Of a DNA stretch of 32,000 nt, positions 31,065 to 32,000 are shown piece by piece. The position numbers and the translations under genes were made by a program. A model generated the notes under the pieces. That model ran no database searches. It was given only the letters and a program-made list of their open reading frames with translations, and had not been told where the DNA came from. Every line of letters begins with the position of its first letter. Positions within the stretch are counted from its first letter, which is position 1. This stretch comes from Mycobacterium leprae TN (GTDB lineage Bacteria > Actinomycetota > Actinomycetes > Mycobacteriales > Mycobacteriaceae). The DNA lies in NCBI RefSeq assembly GCF_000195855.1, contig NC_002677.1, forward strand, positions 2,460,001 through 2,492,000, read 5' to 3'.

Positions 31065-32000
31065 TCAAGCGATGGCATTAGCCGCAGTCGACAATCTGGA
31101 TTTGAAAGAATCCGGAATAGGTACATATCCGTTGTCCCCTAGGCCATTCTGGCCTCCACCGATGGTGCTCTGCAGGAATGCCTTCACAGCCCTACCGACC
31201 TGGGCATCGGGATACTTCGAGCAGACAATCTCGTAGGTCGCCAGCACGATTGGGTAGGAGCCGGGCTGAGCCGGCTTGTAAAACGAGACCGTGTCAAGCA
31301 CTAAATCGTTACCCTCTCCAATGATCGTAGCCCCAGAAATTGTCTTGCCGACCGAGTCGACGCTGATCGCAATGGGTTCTGGATCGGCCGACGTGGCGAT
31401 CTTGGCCGTGTTCAGCTTCCGCGCCGAAGCGAACGACCATTCGTTGTAGGTGATCGACCCTTCAGTGGACTTGACGGCCGCCGACGTACCGTCATTGCCC
31501 TTGGCACCCTCACCAACACCGCCTTTAAAGGTCTTGCCGATACCTTTGCCCCACTCACCGTTTGATGCGACGTCAAGGTACCTCTGGAAATTATCCGTGG
31601 TACCGGACTCGTCGTTGCGGAACACGACATGAATCGGCTCAGCCGGAAGGGCGACGCCAGTGTTCAGCGCTTGGATCGCGGGATCGTTCCAACTGGCGAT
31701 GGAACCATTGAAGATCTTCGCGGTTGTCGGACCGTCCAGGTTCAGTGAACTCAGGCCGTTCACGTTGTAAGTGATCGCGATGGGGCCGAAGACCACCGGT
31801 AAATTCCACGCCTGCGAGCCACAACGTTGCTCTGCTGCGGCATACTCCTTCCTACTCAACGGTGAGTCTGAGCCACCGAAATCTGTTTGATTACCGTTGA
31901 ATTCGCTAACCCCCGCACCGGAACCATTAGCCGTATAGTTCAACGTCTGTCCTGGACATGACCGTTCGAACGCATTAACAAAGCGGGTCATCGCGTTGGC
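31065..32000 (-). CDS. pstS3: Phosphate-binding lipoprotein PstS (5' end outside window)
   Basis: Frame is open to the window edge (track start 31991 is internal). [85 protein letters not shown]. Confidence 0.95.
   Translation of the reverse strand, partial: ANAMTRFVNAFERSCPGQTLNYTANGSGAGVSEFNGNQTDFGGSDSPLSRKEYAAAEQRCGSQAWNLPVVFGPIAITYNVNGLSSLNLDGPTTAKIFNGSIASWNDPAIQALNTGVALPAEPIHVVFRNDESGTTDNFQRYLDVASNGEWGKGIGKTFKGGVGEGAKGNDGTSAAVKSTEGSITYNEWSFASARKLNTAKIATSADPEPIAISVDSVGKTISGATIIGEGNDLVLDTVSFYKPAQPGSYPIVLATYEIVCSKYPDAQVGRAVKAFLQSTIGGGQNGLGDNGYVPIPDSFKSRLSTAANAIA

Noticed and set aside
1-32000. CRISPR arrays, tRNA or rRNA genes, intact transposases
   Set aside because: Reading through the window showed no regularly spaced direct repeats, no recognisable tRNA/rRNA signature and no intact transposase motif; a tRNAscan/minced run would be needed to confirm absence.

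Overview
The gene content and order of this 32 kb window match a Mycobacterium leprae-type chromosome: intact core genes alternating with stretches of heavily decayed pseudogenes. The identification rests on recalled protein families and recalled M. tuberculosis gene order; no database search was run. Left part (about 1-18.9 kb) follows the M. tuberculosis glcB-Rv1819c block: glcB 3' end, a Rv1836c-like membrane protein, a dead haloalkane dehalogenase, gcvP, a MerR regulator, a DUF151 nuclease, a second MerR regulator, garA, gcvH, a decayed DUF881/small-basic-protein/DUF881 trio, a pgsA-family gene, secA2, ilvG and a bacA-like ABC transporter. Next comes a gene-poor zone with a multiply frameshifted group II intron-type reverse transcriptase fossil, carrying a perfect 21-bp inverted repeat exactly at its catalytic motif. 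An intact cytochrome P450 (CYP164A1-like) follows. Right part (about 23-32 kb) is a second block resembling inverted Rv0939-Rv0928: fossils of an MBL-fold hydrolase, a fumarylacetoacetate hydrolase-family protein, LigD, a PfkB-family sugar kinase, Ku and a trace of a Ser/Thr kinase, then intact pstA, pstC and the pstS 3' portion. I found no CRISPR array, tRNA/rRNA, intact transposon or convincing new intact multi-gene system. The most interesting signals are the RT fossil with its inverted repeat at a likely synteny breakpoint, the complete loss of the Ku/LigD end-joining module, and the contraction of the pst locus.
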